Shown here: positions 62,144 to 64,000 of the stretch, one piece after another
Numbering within the stretch: position 1 is the stretch's first letter
Layout: the number at the start of each line of letters is the position of its first letter
Source of the DNA: a bacterium
GTDB taxonomy: Bacteria > SAR324 > NAC60-12
Assembly: GCA_965233585.1 (NCBI GenBank)
Contig: CBDDTI010000746.1
Coordinates: 766,720 to 830,719, forward strand
Length of the DNA: 64,000 nucleotides
Direction: 5' to 3'
Notes under the pieces: model-generated
Told to the model about the DNA's origin: nothing
Databases searched by the model: none
What the model saw: the letters and a program-made list of their open reading frames with translations, nothing else
Made by a program: the position numbers and the translations under genes

Positions 62144-62237
62144 CCTCTCCCTTCAAAAATCATTTCCTCTCAACTTAAACCTTTTTACGACTAAGTCTTT
62201 CAAATTTCATTAAGAGTTTGTTTTTTTAATTTTTTTC

Positions 62238-62267
62238 TTGACAGCGAAATTGCTCATTGATTAAAAT
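62238..62267 (+). promoter_or_regulatory. sigma70-type promoter
   Basis: TTGACA-18bp-TAAAAT with upstream T-tracts, before ATG 62302. Confidence 0.55.
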
Positions 62268-62301
62268 AGTTTATTTTTTAAATCTTTATCAGGAACTTGT
62301 C

Positions 62302-62925
62302 ATGAAAAATATTAAAAATTGGGTATCTCTTTTATTCATTGGGGCAGTAGGTGGGCATCTTTACGCTCAAGGGGCAGGTGGTTTTTTTGGGCATACGTAC
62401 ACACAAAAACTTGAAATCAATGAAGAACGGGAGACAGATTTGAGAGGGATTGGTGGAGGAGGTTTTGGTTGGATTTCTGAACGCGTGGCATTGGGTGGCG
62501 AGCTTAGTGCTGCCCCAATCGTGGTCAACAGAAAAGTTTCAGACTTAGATGAAGACATTGCCAAAGAAGAGTCTAAAGACGACAAGGTGGAATTTGAATA
62601 TAGTGGCAGTATTGCTCTTGGGGGCTTAACAACAGATATTGCTCTCATCAAAGGTGAGAGTCTTCAGGTCACGGTCGGTGGATTATTTGGTGTACTGAGC
62701 TATAACCTCACTCGTAAAACATTTACTACTAAAGATGAAGAAACCAAAGAAGAAGAAAAACGTTTAAGAAATGAAACAGAATTTGTCGCTGTGCCAACTT
62801 TCATCACACGTTTCATTGTCGCACCACCACTAGCGATTGAGGTCAAATACCGCCACGTCCCTCCAAAACTTGAGTTTGACGGCGGTCCCAACGTTTCTTT
62901 AGGATTCTATTTTGGCAGATGGTAA
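62302..62925 (+). CDS. putative outer-membrane beta-barrel protein
   Basis: Signal peptide (LYA-Q), Gly/aromatic-rich strands, terminal LGFYFGRW. Confidence 0.6.
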   Translation: MKNIKNWVSLLFIGAVGGHLYAQGAGGFFGHTYTQKLEINEERETDLRGIGGGGFGWISERVALGGELSAAPIVVNRKVSDLDEDIAKEESKDDKVEFEYSGSIALGGLTTDIALIKGESLQVTVGGLFGVLSYNLTRKTFTTKDEETKEEEKRLRNETEFVAVPTFITRFIVAPPLAIEVKYRHVPPKLEFDGGPNVSLGFYFGRW

Positions 62926-62948
62926 ATCTTTCCTAAAACTTGCTTTCT

Positions 62949-63012
62949 GTCATTCTGCACTTGATGCGGAATCTCAAACTCTCTCCGTCATTCCGCACTT
63001 GATGCGGAATCT
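62949..63012. repeat. two tandem REP-like palindromic units
   Basis: GTCATTC(T/C)GCACTTGATGCGGAATCT at 62949-62974 and 62987-63012, each able to form a hairpin. Confidence 0.8.
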
Positions 63013-63247
63013 GTCATCAATCCTTTCGTCGTGCCTGCTTGATTCGCCAACGCAAAGAACGAGAAATCTACGGAGTGCCAATCCAAAATATGAGTCATGT
63101 TTGACAATCAACTCAAAAAAGGCTGAAGCCTTCCACTTGACCTTGACCAAATGACATCTCTATTCGCTTCAATTTGCTGATTGTTATAAAATCGGCTAGA
63201 TTAGTCTTTTGCTGCTGGATTAATAAAACCCCTATGAAAAAACTGCC

Positions 63248-64000
63248 ATGAGATTTTTAGACATTAAGACAGACTATGCGTTCAAGATGTTGTTTGGAGA
63301 TGAGAAGAACAAAGCGCTGCTTCTCAGCTTTCTCAATGCGATGATAGAGTTCCCTCATCAACAGCAAATACAAGATTTGGTGATTCAAGACCCTTACAAT
63401 CCGCCTTTACTGCAAGGCATGAAAATCACCTTTGTAGATGTGAAAGCAAGGCTTGACACAGGTGAGCAAGTGTTGATTGAGATGCAGATTGTCAACCATG
63501 ATGGTTTTGAGAAGCGAATCCTTTACAATGCTTGTAAAAACTACTCTATGCAACTGGTCAAAGGAGACCAATATCACCTGCTGAATCCTGTCATCGCTTT
63601 GAATGTCTTAGACTTCATCATGTTTGAAGACAATGACAACATCATCAATTCTTTTAAACTTTTAGACAAAAAGACTCTGACCCCATATTCTGATGACATA
63701 GAACTCATCTTTGTAGAACTTCCCAAATTTCAGAAGTCTTTAGATGAATTAGAAGCCTTGCAAGAAGAGTGGATTTACTTCATCAAGCATGCAGAACAGC
63801 TACAAGACATCCCCAGAAGTTTTGAATCCTACAATCCAACAAGCCTTGCATGTCGTTGATCAAGCAGGGCTTTCTCCTGAAGAACTGGAGATGGTCTATA
63901 AAAGGCAAGAATTTGTAGCTGTCATCAAAGGAGCAGAACAACTCAACTTCCGAAAAGGAATGGAAAAAGGAATGGAAAAAGGACGACAAGAAGGAATTGA
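63248..64000 (+). pseudogene. Rpn family PD-(D/E)XK nuclease (copy 2), +1 frameshift, runs off the right edge
   Basis: Near-identical to 10644-11585. CCCC at 63811-63814 versus CCC in copy 1 leads to a stop at 63859. Homology continues in the shifted frame. Confidence 0.88.

Noticed and set aside
62949..63012. Two 26-bp repeats as a mini-CRISPR
   Set aside because: Only two units, a 12-bp gap and no cas genes. They fit REP-like elements better.
62912..63154. 80-aa ORF
   Set aside because: It is largely a translation of the palindromic repeats, with no coding evidence.

Overview
Low-GC bacterial chromosome segment (roughly 40% GC by eye). A deltaproteobacterial/SAR324-like lineage is inferred from the spdEFG1-type EF-G and gene style. 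Most of the window is housekeeping genes in shuffled order: glyQ, rnr, partial T2SS genes with mltG, dppC/dppDF, wecB, bolA, exbBD, ribH, galU, amidase, pyrC, hemB, rodA, dapB, tlyA, rseP, thiN, folD, aat, malic enzyme and fusA. The main accessory element is a ~10.6 kb AT-rich island (~36.6-47.25 kb) encoding a legionaminic-acid-type nonulosonate pathway. Its N-acetyltransferase survives only as a 110-bp deletion remnant, and it carries a carbamoyltransferase, a formyltransferase and a PIG-L deacetylase. A complete IS1 with an 8-bp target duplication sits inside it. Other notable items: a Fib_succ_major-type lipoprotein interrupted at a C9 tract, two near-identical inverted Rpn/PD-(D/E)XK genes (one frameshifted), an OYE-fold protein lacking its catalytic residues, a chaperone-like/cNMP-protein/lipoprotein trio, an orphan DNA methyltransferase, and apparent GATC depletion in the backbone but not the island. 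No rRNA, tRNA or CRISPR array was recognised.
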